This document shows positions 9,219-17,615 of a stretch of DNA of 64,000 nt, piece by piece. The DNA lies in the sequence record NC_061451.1; one strand, written 5' to 3'. Each line of letters starts with the position of its first letter. The first letter of the stretch is position 1. The position numbers were made by a program, and so were the translations under genes. The notes below the pieces were generated by a model. The model saw nothing but the letters and a program-made list of their open reading frames with translations, searched no databases and was not told where the DNA came from.

Positions 9219-9488
9219 ATGTTCTTTAAAAATCCTGTTGGCGGTATCATCCCCAACTTTCCTATTCAACATACCATCGTTGATATGGAGCGCAGAGTAT
9301 CAGAGCTGTACGGCGAGTTACGCGCTGCCGGCTGCAAAGTCGTTCAGGAGCTTGACTGTCTGTACATCGAAGTTCCGCACGGCGTTAATGTTGACCCGAT
9401 CATGAAGCGCCATGAGGAGATGTTCACCAGCATCACTTCAAAGCCCGGTCGTCTGAATCTAGGAGATGAAGATGAAGAAGAAATTTAA
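9219..9488 (+). CDS. hypothetical protein
   Basis: GGAG RBS; tightly packed. Confidence 0.7.
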   Translation: MFFKNPVGGIIPNFPIQHTIVDMERRVSELYGELRAAGCKVVQELDCLYIEVPHGVNVDPIMKRHEEMFTSITSKPGRLNLGDEDEEEI

Positions 9489-9894
9489 TCCTGATACTCA
9501 CAGCGTATCTCTCCACTTCGGTCCGCATATCGTTCACGGTCATGCGCAGGAGACAGCGTTTGGTGAGGTGATGCAGTCAATGCTGCTGCGTGAAATCAGT
9601 CGCAATGCTCATGATTCATTTAGTAGACTTGCTGTTGCTGAGCCTGCTCCAACCTTCGAGATTAAGGAGCAAGACGGCAGTTCTATCATTCGTGCTATTG
9701 AGCAATGGCGCCAGATGCTTGCTGATGCTCCTCAGCCCGAAGAGTTTACGCCGTGCAGTATCCCTGATTGGATGCGTCCTAGTTTGCGTGAGAGCGGCAT
9801 GACTGACGCGCAGATTGATAGCATTCTGATCACAGGCGTCGAACCTAATCTAGGCGATGCGCCTGGCGTGACATTCAGGACAGTAACCATCTAA
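9466..9894 (+). CDS. hypothetical protein
   Basis: Co-oriented ORF, coupled to neighbours. Confidence 0.65.
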   Translation: MKMKKKFNPDTHSVSLHFGPHIVHGHAQETAFGEVMQSMLLREISRNAHDSFSRLAVAEPAPTFEIKEQDGSSIIRAIEQWRQMLADAPQPEEFTPCSIPDWMRPSLRESGMTDAQIDSILITGVEPNLGDAPGVTFRTVTI

Positions 9895-10106
9895 TGGCTT
9901 GTGCTGGATGTGGCCGCCGTAGTTCGAAAATAAGCTACGGCCGTTCTTCTGCTCCTCCGACTGTTGTCGAAGAGGACGATACTCTCAGTGCAGCAAAGTT
10001 AACACCTCAAGGTTGGGTAAGCACTTGTGTTGTGTGCGGCGCTCAATCAACTCCGTCACCATTTGCAGACACGATTCAAAAAACGTGTGACTGCAAACCT
10101 CAATGA
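9894..10106 (+). CDS. small Cys-rich protein
   Basis: MACAGCG...CVVC...CDC; TAATG coupling. Confidence 0.65.
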   Translation: MACAGCGRRSSKISYGRSSAPPTVVEEDDTLSAAKLTPQGWVSTCVVCGAQSTPSPFADTIQKTCDCKPQ

Positions 10107-10114
10107 GATAAGTT

Positions 10115-10816
10115 ATGAACACAGTCTACCTGCCGTCTTTGATTGATGCGCTCAACAACTGCCGCTTCTATGCAGCGAACATGATCAACATTCAGTTCAA
10201 CATGCATCTTGAGGCATGTCCTCCTGAGCATCCTGAAGTGCCAGAAGAAGATCATCAACTGCTGGTGGCTCGTATCGCTCAGGAGTTTGATAACGCAGTT
10301 AGTCGCACTGACCTGCGCTGGGATGCAAAGCCGCTGATTCACCGCTTCCGCGCACTGCACTCTCAGTATCTTACTGCGGTTGGCGGTGAATTGCAGTTCG
10401 ACCGAATCCCGGAACTGTCTTATACGATTCCGTTCCCGTTCACTGAGAACACACCGCCTGATCGTGAGATCGCGCGTCGTCATCTGCGTTACACTGGCGA
10501 ACAGGTTCGCGCATATCAGTACATGGTCTGCCTGTCTCGCTACACGCACAAGGAGGAGACGTACTATCTGCCTTCTCCTCCTGACCAGTTTGAAATGCCT
10601 GACGTTGATGCATCACTGCCTTTTGATAGCGCACAGTCACAGATCGCTGGTATCTTCCTCGAACACTATCAGCGCGTTGAGCCTCCTCGCTATCGTGAGC
10701 AGGCGCTCCTCGAAGAAGTGGGTCGTGAGAAAATGCTGCCTATGATCTCTCAGTGCCGTTTCTGGATTTACAAGGCATTCCCTACAGTTATTGAAAAGGT
10801 TGAAACAAATGACTGA
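10115..10816 (+). CDS. hypothetical protein
   Basis: 233-aa co-oriented ORF. Confidence 0.75.
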   Translation: MNTVYLPSLIDALNNCRFYAANMINIQFNMHLEACPPEHPEVPEEDHQLLVARIAQEFDNAVSRTDLRWDAKPLIHRFRALHSQYLTAVGGELQFDRIPELSYTIPFPFTENTPPDREIARRHLRYTGEQVRAYQYMVCLSRYTHKEETYYLPSPPDQFEMPDVDASLPFDSAQSQIAGIFLEHYQRVEPPRYREQALLEEVGREKMLPMISQCRFWIYKAFPTVIEKVETND

Positions 10817-11330
10817 TGTGGTTGTGTTCGACAAGCAAAGTGAGTGGGAAGACTTCGGTAGTGCAGTCTACGAAGAATTCCGACTAAACGTAATGACGGG
10901 CAGTAGCAGCGCATCTCAGATTCCTTCTGTTGTTGCGTCTGAGGATGTGAAGCACGTTCTCAACTATGCCAACAAAGGTCTGGACCAATCGCCTATCGTC
11001 GTGCTGGACGTTCTTATTCGTGAGATTGATCTGGCGGAAGGTGAATCGCGCAACTACGATGCAGACGGTTTGGATAGCGCTGTGCGTAAGATTGTTGACC
11101 TGTACAAAGCGCGTGCTGCTGATCTTGATTGTCACCTGACAGGTAACTTCCTGAACACTGGTCATCAGGTTGATGGTGCGTTGCTGCGTATCTATCGCAA
11201 CAGCGACTGGTCGTGCAAAGGTCACCCAGAAGTTCTCGTCGGCCCTATTGGTATGTATCACTGTGACAAGTGCGGTGAACTGCAAGTGGCCGGAACATTC
11301 CACTCAGTACCGGAGCAAGCGAATGTCTGA
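10809..11330 (+). CDS. hypothetical protein with C-terminal Zn ribbon
   Basis: CKGH...HCDKC. Confidence 0.7.
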   Translation: MTDVVVFDKQSEWEDFGSAVYEEFRLNVMTGSSSASQIPSVVASEDVKHVLNYANKGLDQSPIVVLDVLIREIDLAEGESRNYDADGLDSAVRKIVDLYKARAADLDCHLTGNFLNTGHQVDGALLRIYRNSDWSCKGHPEVLVGPIGMYHCDKCGELQVAGTFHSVPEQANV

Positions 11331-11793
11331 TAAAGGCGGTTTGTGGCGTGTCTTCCCTGACTATGACTCGGAAGAGATGATGATCAAACTCAATATGGCT
11401 ATCGGCGTTGACCCTGACGATGATGGCGTGCCTGATGAGTTGCATGTTACTCTGGCTTATGACGAAACTAACCCTGACGTCGAGGCAGAAGTGAATCATC
11501 CGGGTGAGTTCTTTGCGACTGTCACAGGTGTTGAGCTGTTTGGTGAAGGTCAAGATAAGATTCTGGTGCTCGTGCTCGAATCGCCTGACCTGTGTGCAGA
11601 ACATGATCGCATTCACGCATGTGGTGCTGCCAAGTTCTCTCACTCTCCGTATCGTCCACACGTTACGCTGTTGAAGCGTGCTAAAGACAGCCAGGTTGAA
11701 TATCTGAATCAGATCATTCAGCATCCAGGGCGTCCACCAATCACCCTGCGCTTCATCGATGAAGATCGCAAGGTGTTGGACAAGCGTAGTTAA
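11323..11793 (+). CDS. acb1: 2H phosphodiesterase, Acb1 (T4 gp57B)-like anti-CBASS nuclease
   Basis: Two HxT motifs (LHVTLAY, PHVTLL). KILVLVLESPDL..EH...GA...PYRPHVTL matches the recalled T4 57B segment LVLVLDSEYL..RH...GA...YTPHITL. Confidence 0.75.
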   Translation: MSDKGGLWRVFPDYDSEEMMIKLNMAIGVDPDDDGVPDELHVTLAYDETNPDVEAEVNHPGEFFATVTGVELFGEGQDKILVLVLESPDLCAEHDRIHACGAAKFSHSPYRPHVTLLKRAKDSQVEYLNQIIQHPGRPPITLRFIDEDRKVLDKRS

Positions 11794-11797
11794 AAAC

Positions 11798-11825
11798 AAG
11801 CGGTGGCCAATGTGCTGCCGCTTTT
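11798..11825 (+). terminator. intrinsic terminator
   Basis: AAGCGGTGGC-CAAT(GT)-GCTGCCGCTT-TT. Confidence 0.65.
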
Positions 11826-11845
11826 GTCATTCTGGAGGAATTTCG

Positions 11846-12169
11846 ATGGAAATGCTCGTAAGCCTTAGCCATGAGTTGCGTGTCGATGAGCAAGACGCAC
11901 GCACGGCAGAAGAAGCACAGCCTCAGCAAAATCCTGATCAAGCACGCGCCCTTGAGCTGCAAGAAAAGAAACGCATCGAAGACACTTATGGTGTTGAAGC
12001 CACTGATGAAGAAATCAAACGTGGCGAAGATGCAGAGGCCGAAAAGAAACAAGCAGAGGAAGAGTCTGCCAAGCCTGAGAAGGTTGAGAATCTCGGTCAG
12101 TTTAAGCCTCGCGAAGATCTGACTGCCTCACAGATACAAGATGAGCACGATAAGCCAATCAATCTGTGA
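11846..12169 (+). CDS. acidic protein with N-terminal VSLS motif (probable head protein)
   Basis: MEMLVSLS; GGAGG RBS; E/Q-rich. Confidence 0.7.
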   Translation: MEMLVSLSHELRVDEQDARTAEEAQPQQNPDQARALELQEKKRIEDTYGVEATDEEIKRGEDAEAEKKQAEEESAKPEKVENLGQFKPREDLTASQIQDEHDKPINL

Positions 12170-12173
12170 AAAT

Positions 12174-12181
12174 CTGTAAAT
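12174..12181 (+). promoter_or_regulatory. CTGTAAAT candidate promoter box
   Basis: Intergenic, upstream of the sigma factor gene. Confidence 0.5.
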
Positions 12182-12214
12182 AAGAGTCAAAGCAACTGAC
12201 AGGTGTATTTGACC

Positions 12215-13252
12215 ATGAATAACAAGTCTAACCTGACAGGCGGTCAAATCGAAAGCGTTATGGACACGATGCTTCACGACTGCCTGAGGGAGATTGTTGA
12301 GAATACGGATATATTCGATGTGCAGCTAACGTACCTCTTGGCTCTCATCACGTCGAACAAAAAGCGTAAGCCCTACAACGCTCAAACCCGTGACCGTGCG
12401 ATCAGCCTTCTGATTCGTGCGCTTTCAGTTCCTCGTAATCAGAAGATGATCTACATTCAGGAACTGAAAATGGAACGCAACTTTATCTATGTGTTCCTGG
12501 AAAATGTAATTAAGCGGTACTACGTTACTTATGTTGATCTCTATCGCGCATTCATTTGCACGCAAGATGAGGTCAAGCGTAAAGCGTATGCGAATCGCCT
12601 GAACGTGTATGTCAAAATGTTCGGTGCTGATTCCCGCTCCAAACTGTTTGTTGCGCTGTGCCGCTTAAACGATTTAATGCCACAGTTCATGGAATACTTC
12701 CATAGTGTTGTCGGTGACTTCTATCGTCTGAGCAGCAAGCAAACGAAATTTTATATTGATACCAATAAAGGCAAGCTATACGACAGCAAGGACGTGCGTC
12801 AAAACTTCCTGCGCAATATCATTATTGCTATCAATAAGTATGACTCGTCGCGAGGTGCGATAGTCAGCTACGTGAAGTGGTGGATTCTGAATGCTCAAAC
12901 CTGTAGCAGCTCCGAGCATGAGTACGGTATTGCTTACACGATACCTCAGACTCAGCGTAAGAAACTCGCAACAGGTGAAGATAACACTTCAATGAATTTC
13001 TCGGTTAGTCTCGATGCTCCAACGTCTGAATCTGATGAAGGGGCGGACGCGTCCTTGCATCAAAAGGTGAGTGACCATCATCACCTTGAAGATCACGTTG
13101 ACAGCGAAAGACGTACTGAAAAACTGAGGCTGCTTATTAAGCGCGTTGACCCCTATGGAGTGGCCCGACTGACTATGGACGTCGGAGAGGAGTTCGATAA
13201 ATTCGAGCTGGAAAAAATGCAGCGACATATGCAGCTTCAAGGGCTAGCCTAA
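12215..13252 (+). CDS. phage-encoded sigma70-family RNA polymerase sigma factor
   Basis: Region 2-like DVRQNF...AINKYDSSRG...SYVKWWI; region 3.2-like VSLDAP. Confidence 0.8.
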   Translation: MNNKSNLTGGQIESVMDTMLHDCLREIVENTDIFDVQLTYLLALITSNKKRKPYNAQTRDRAISLLIRALSVPRNQKMIYIQELKMERNFIYVFLENVIKRYYVTYVDLYRAFICTQDEVKRKAYANRLNVYVKMFGADSRSKLFVALCRLNDLMPQFMEYFHSVVGDFYRLSSKQTKFYIDTNKGKLYDSKDVRQNFLRNIIIAINKYDSSRGAIVSYVKWWILNAQTCSSSEHEYGIAYTIPQTQRKKLATGEDNTSMNFSVSLDAPTSESDEGADASLHQKVSDHHHLEDHVDSERRTEKLRLLIKRVDPYGVARLTMDVGEEFDKFELEKMQRHMQLQGLA

Positions 13253-13254
13253 AA

Positions 13255-13262
13255 CTGTAAAC
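13255..13262 (+). promoter_or_regulatory. CTGTAAAC candidate promoter box
   Basis: Intergenic, upstream of the SSB gene. Confidence 0.5.
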
Positions 13263-13299
13263 ATTGCGTAACAGCAAAACTCAATATTGAGGATATACA

Positions 13300-14556
13300 A
13301 TGGGACGTGGATTTGGTGACATTCAGGACAACAGCAAACGCGATAGCCTTCGCGAGTCCGAAATTTTTGAAATCTTCCCTTTAGCGAAGAAAGCAAACGG
13401 CGCGTGGGTATCGATTCGTCTGTTGGACCTTGACCTGCTTCCAATCAAGAAGCACTGGATTAAGATCATGGGCGGGAAAGATAAAGATAAGGAAATCAAA
13501 ATCCCGCGTATGTGCGTCAGCTTCGACCCTGACAATCAGAACAAGCCGCTCAAAGGCATGAAGTGTCCGTACTGTGGTATTCAACACGGTAACGATGAGT
13601 CGGGCGCACCAGCGCAGTATGACTACAAGTGGTACGCGCAAGCAATCATCCGTGATGTGCAGGCCGGTGCTCCTCGCAAAATGCCGAGCATGACTAAGAA
13701 AGAACAAAAGTCAGGCAAGAAAGAAATGGGCAGCGAGTCTTGGACTCCTGTGCAGTGTATCGGTCTGTCAAACTCTCTGGCAAGTAAAATCCAGCAGCTG
13801 GGTGAGCGTAACATTCACACGGTCAAAGATAAGAAAACCGGTAAGAAGTCTAAGCAGGCGTTCCAGGTTAACCATCCGAAGTATGGCTGTGATATTGAAA
13901 TCAAATACAACGCCAAGAAATCTCCGGCTGAACGTTACACCCTCGAACGTGGCGATCATACTCCACTGACGAAAGATGAACAGGCGTATCTGACCTGGGA
14001 CTTCGACAACTGGAACGAAATCTACGACCTGCTGGGCCGTCTGGACGAAGATGCTGCTATGGCAGACTTCAAAAAGATGGACGTTCTCGGCGGTGAGTCT
14101 CAAGTCGATGGAGACGACGATGAAGACGAAGACGATGATGACGACATGGCGCTCGGCAAGAAAAAGAAAGGCGCCAAAGGCAAAGCGGACAAGAAAAAGC
14201 GCCGCTCAATGGACGATGATGACGAAGACGACGACGAAGACGATGAAGATGATCGTCCGTCAAAATCTAAGAAGTCCAAGTCCAAGTCGAAGTCTCGTGC
14301 TCTGTTAGACGACGATGAAGACGATGAGGACGAAGACGATAAGCCTAAGAAGAAAAAGAAATCTTCTAAGGACAAGCCGTCCAAGTCGTCTAAAGTGAAG
14401 TCCAAAAAGTCTAAGAAGTCAGATGATGACGACGAAGACGAAGACGACGAAGATGATAAGCCGAAGAAGAAAAAGAAATCCTCTTCGGTGAAGTCGTCGT
14501 CTAAGAAAAAGTCTTCGAAGGACGATGAGCCTAAGAAGAAAAAGAAAAAGAAGTAA
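13300..14556 (+). CDS. gp32-like single-stranded DNA-binding protein with long charge-block tail
   Basis: RMC...KCPYC Zn site; KYGCDIEIK; adjacent to recA; D/E and K/S blocks after about aa 265. Confidence 0.65.
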   Translation: MGRGFGDIQDNSKRDSLRESEIFEIFPLAKKANGAWVSIRLLDLDLLPIKKHWIKIMGGKDKDKEIKIPRMCVSFDPDNQNKPLKGMKCPYCGIQHGNDESGAPAQYDYKWYAQAIIRDVQAGAPRKMPSMTKKEQKSGKKEMGSESWTPVQCIGLSNSLASKIQQLGERNIHTVKDKKTGKKSKQAFQVNHPKYGCDIEIKYNAKKSPAERYTLERGDHTPLTKDEQAYLTWDFDNWNEIYDLLGRLDEDAAMADFKKMDVLGGESQVDGDDDEDEDDDDDMALGKKKKGAKGKADKKKRRSMDDDDEDDDEDDEDDRPSKSKKSKSKSKSRALLDDDEDDEDEDDKPKKKKKSSKDKPSKSSKVKSKKSKKSDDDDEDEDDEDDKPKKKKKSSSVKSSSKKKSSKDDEPKKKKKKK

Positions 14557-14564
14557 AATGAATC

Positions 14565-14592
14565 GGGGTGGCTAGCGCCGCCCCTTTCTTTT
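14565..14592 (+). terminator. intrinsic terminator
   Basis: GGGGTGGC-TAGC-GCCGCCCC-TTTCTTTT. Confidence 0.85.
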
Positions 14593-14615
14593 CTCCACTC
14601 AGGAATTATCTCTCA

Positions 14616-17117
14616 ATGGCAAAAGAGAAGAAGGCCAAAGCAAGCAAGAAAGCGAAAGCTGTTGCTTCTGATGACATTGGCGGGACCGTAGTAGAACTGT
14701 TTAGTCTGGGTAGCTACATGGACGACGTCCTCGATGCTATCGAAAAGAAGACGAAAGTTAGTTCCGCTGATGCTGCCCGACATGCTCCTCGTATCTCGAC
14801 CGGTGTGCTTGCTCTCGACATGTATCTGGATGGTGGTATCGTGCCTGGTGGCTGGTACACGTTCAGCGGCGGTGAGCAATCATGTAAGTCAACCATGACC
14901 ATGAGTATCATGGCCTCTCTTATTCGTCTCAAGTACAGCGGCATTAGCGTTGTGTTTGACTACGAAGGTTCCACCGATGCTGACTACGTTGCTGGTCAGC
15001 TCAAAACGTTCGGCGTTAAAGTCGATCCGAAAACTATCTTCGGTGTGCGTGATGAAGAAGGCGGCTGGATTATCAAGCCTACCATTCGCTACTACGCGCC
15101 TGACAACGGTGAGCGCTTCTTCGATTATATGTCGATGCTGCGTCGTCGTCTGCCTGACAAGATCGTTGAGAAAGACGGTTCAGCTTACTACCTCTTCGAG
15201 AACACCAAAGAGAACTCGAAGAAGCTGGCAGGCAAGTACGATAAGAAGTGGTTCAGTCGTAACAACCAGTTCAAAGTTCCTGCGCCGGATGGCCACATGC
15301 AGGCTGCTGTTATCGTTGACTCATATCCGGCAATGCTGCCTGATCAGGTCGATGATGACGACGGTTCAAAAGCAATGGCTCTGCAAGCGCGTATGTTCTC
15401 CGATGGCATCAAACGTTTCCGTGGCGGTATGCGCCGTAAGATGATGACTATCGTGGGCGTTAACCAGTTGCGCCAGAAGCCTGCTGTAATGTTCGGTAGC
15501 CCTGAATATGAGCCAGGCGGTGATGCGCTCAAGTTCTATTGCTTCGCTGATGACACGCGCATTCGTACCGACCACGGTGTGTTGACTGCACCTCAGATTA
15601 AAGCGCTGCTGGACGAAGGCAAAGAAGTTTGCGTTGAATCGTTCGAAGGCTTCCAGAAGATTAACGGTGCGTGGAAAGTTGAAGACGCTCCTTATCCGAT
15701 TGAAGTCAATGCTGGTGGCCATGTGTATATTGGCAGTGCTGAGCATCGCCAGTTCACCTTCATGCATGACACAACCGCAGAAGGTATGCGTGTACTTCGT
15801 CCTGAGTGGAACACGCTTAGCCAACTGGCTCAGTACCCTTCTGCGGAAGGTCAGTACGCTGCGATTCGTCTTGCGTCCGTCGAAGAACTCAAGCAGAACA
15901 CGCCTGATCAATTCGATGCCTCCAGCAAGAACATCGAGCTGGTGCTTTCTAACTGCGGTCCTGAGAAGCGTGATATTAATATCCTCTCTCATGACGGCAC
16001 AACGTACACAATGCCTGCTGTGCTGATCGACGCCGTTGGTCCTTACGATCACGTTGAAGACTTCGCGCATTACATTCAGGACTTCCTGAACATCGGTATC
16101 TATGCGTATGCAGACAACTCCGGTATCTGGATTCCTGGTCTGGTTGAAGCTGACCTGCACAACGCTGTTGCACGCGATGCAGACTCTGGTTATCAGGGCG
16201 TTGACTTCTACGCTACCTCGCGTCAGATCAGCTATCAGATGATGGCAGTTATCTCTGACGTGTTCCCAGAGCTGACCCGCTTCGTTCTGGACTTCAATGC
16301 CAAGTACGCCGCAGAACAGGAAGACGTAGTTTATCTGGCGCCTGGCTTTGACATTGCCGAAGCTATGGACGGCATTCTGCACAAAGAGATCAGCGGCTAC
16401 GACGACCAATACGATCTGCTGATGCAGCAACTGGCATACGTTGAAGACTGGTTCAGTGTTGATGACCGTCTGCTGCCTGTACCGTTTACGCTGCGTGCGC
16501 TTGACAAGCAAGTTGAGTTCTGGGATGTTAACGTCGATGAAACTTCCGTCGTTATCACCAACAACTTCGTTAGTCATAACAGTGACGTCCGCGTTCGTCT
16601 GGCCTCTCGCGCTGTGCCTGAAGGCTGGCCGAAACTCAAAGACGCGCCTGGCGTTGTCGGTGAGAAGTCTGTTTCTGTTGAAGGTGGTACTGACCGCTAT
16701 CGCTTCATTGCAGCCAAGACCATCAAGAACAAGATGGGCGGTATCCCTAACCAGTTGACGTGGTTACGCCTGTGGGAAGCTGACGGTAACGGTGAAGCGC
16801 GTGGCTTTGACCCCGTGTTCGATACATGGCACTACGTCAAAACTCTCGGCCTCGTCAACGGTACGCGCAAGTCATTCAAACTGAAAGCACCGTGCCCTGT
16901 AGCATCCGAAGTTAAGATGGATTGGGATGACTTCCGTACGCTGATCAACGGTAACAAAGAACAGATTGTTAGCGTGTGCAAAAAGCTGAAAGTCAAACCT
17001 GTATCTCTGCGTCTGTGGGCGTTCAAGTTCGTGCAGTCCCAGAAAGGCAAAGATATGTTGAAAGCGTCGATCAGTAAGTCCGTTAAGAACGTTAACGACG
17101 ACGAAGACGACGATTAA
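14616..17117 (+). CDS. recA: RecA/UvsX-like recombinase precursor containing an intein
   Basis: ISTGVLALD..L.GG; Walker A-like GGEQSCKST; VIVDS; ALQARMFS; VNQLR; PGGDALKFY. Confidence 0.92.
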   Translation: MAKEKKAKASKKAKAVASDDIGGTVVELFSLGSYMDDVLDAIEKKTKVSSADAARHAPRISTGVLALDMYLDGGIVPGGWYTFSGGEQSCKSTMTMSIMASLIRLKYSGISVVFDYEGSTDADYVAGQLKTFGVKVDPKTIFGVRDEEGGWIIKPTIRYYAPDNGERFFDYMSMLRRRLPDKIVEKDGSAYYLFENTKENSKKLAGKYDKKWFSRNNQFKVPAPDGHMQAAVIVDSYPAMLPDQVDDDDGSKAMALQARMFSDGIKRFRGGMRRKMMTIVGVNQLRQKPAVMFGSPEYEPGGDALKFYCFADDTRIRTDHGVLTAPQIKALLDEGKEVCVESFEGFQKINGAWKVEDAPYPIEVNAGGHVYIGSAEHRQFTFMHDTTAEGMRVLRPEWNTLSQLAQYPSAEGQYAAIRLASVEELKQNTPDQFDASSKNIELVLSNCGPEKRDINILSHDGTTYTMPAVLIDAVGPYDHVEDFAHYIQDFLNIGIYAYADNSGIWIPGLVEADLHNAVARDADSGYQGVDFYATSRQISYQMMAVISDVFPELTRFVLDFNAKYAAEQEDVVYLAPGFDIAEAMDGILHKEISGYDDQYDLLMQQLAYVEDWFSVDDRLLPVPFTLRALDKQVEFWDVNVDETSVVITNNFVSHNSDVRVRLASRAVPEGWPKLKDAPGVVGEKSVSVEGGTDRYRFIAAKTIKNKMGGIPNQLTWLRLWEADGNGEARGFDPVFDTWHYVKTLGLVNGTRKSFKLKAPCPVASEVKMDWDDFRTLINGNKEQIVSVCKKLKVKPVSLRLWAFKFVQSQKGKDMLKASISKSVKNVNDDEDDD
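15540..16580 (+). mobile_element. intein (347 aa) in RecA
   Basis: Starts with Cys (KFY|CFADDT); block B SAEH; block F/G FWDVNV...FVSHN|S with +1 Ser; removal restores ALKFYSDVRVRL. Confidence 0.92.
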
Positions 17118-17124
17118 TTAACTC

Positions 17125-17142
17125 GCGGTCCTTCGGGGCCGC
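17125..17142 (+). terminator. UUCG hairpin after recA
   Basis: GCGGTCC-TTCG-GGGCCGC; no U tract. Confidence 0.5.
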
Positions 17143-17161
17143 CCTCTACCCGGAGAAAGAG

Positions 17162-17545
17162 ATGCGTACTCTGATTCATACCGCAGACGTAACCAATCTG
17201 TCTGTGCTGGAACTGGAAGAAGGCTCTGTAGCAAAGCCTGTTACTCCAAATCTGATTTCTGATCTCAAAGAGCTGCTGTCACGCGAAAACCTGAGCCAGA
17301 ACATTCGCCACGTTGTGTTCATCTCTGCTGATCAGGTCGGCGTATTCACCGAAGCTGAGATGATCAACTACTTCGACCCAATCGAGCAGGTGTCTGAAAT
17401 CAACGCAGGCAATATCGGTACTGTGCTGGCTATGCAGGTTATTCGTGTCGATGACAAGACTAATCTGATCGCAGTGGCTGGTGTCACTGATGTGGAAGAA
17501 GGCGTTACTATCAACGAGTTCAACGCATCGCCTGTAAATCTGTAA
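17162..17545 (+). CDS. hypothetical protein
   Basis: GGAG RBS; acidic beta-rich ORF. Confidence 0.75.
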   Translation: MRTLIHTADVTNLSVLELEEGSVAKPVTPNLISDLKELLSRENLSQNIRHVVFISADQVGVFTEAEMINYFDPIEQVSEINAGNIGTVLAMQVIRVDDKTNLIAVAGVTDVEEGVTINEFNASPVNL

Positions 17546-17547
17546 AT
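17532..17547 (+). promoter_or_regulatory. tandem CTGTAAAT boxes followed by an 11-bp hairpin (17553-17578)
   Basis: CTGTAAAT-CTGTAAAT; AAGTGAGGGCA-ATCG-TGTCCTCACTT; the second copy overlaps a Leu-stop. Confidence 0.45.
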
Positions 17548-17615
17548 AAAACAAGTGAGGGCAATCGTGTCCTCACTTAACTCACTCTGATAGGGCATTG
17601 ACCCAGGAGATAAAC

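Noticed and set aside
14100-14556. GAC/GAT/GAA/AAG periodic repeats (also 7370-7600, 45470-45530, 58850-59350)
   Set aside because: Explained by D/E/K low-complexity coding; not arrays of fixed repeats with unique spacers.
15366-16577. 403-aa minus-strand ORF nearly coincident with the intein
   Set aside because: It mirrors the recA codons with no RBS or motif. Antisense open frames are common opposite biased coding sequence, so it is not a nested endonuclease gene.
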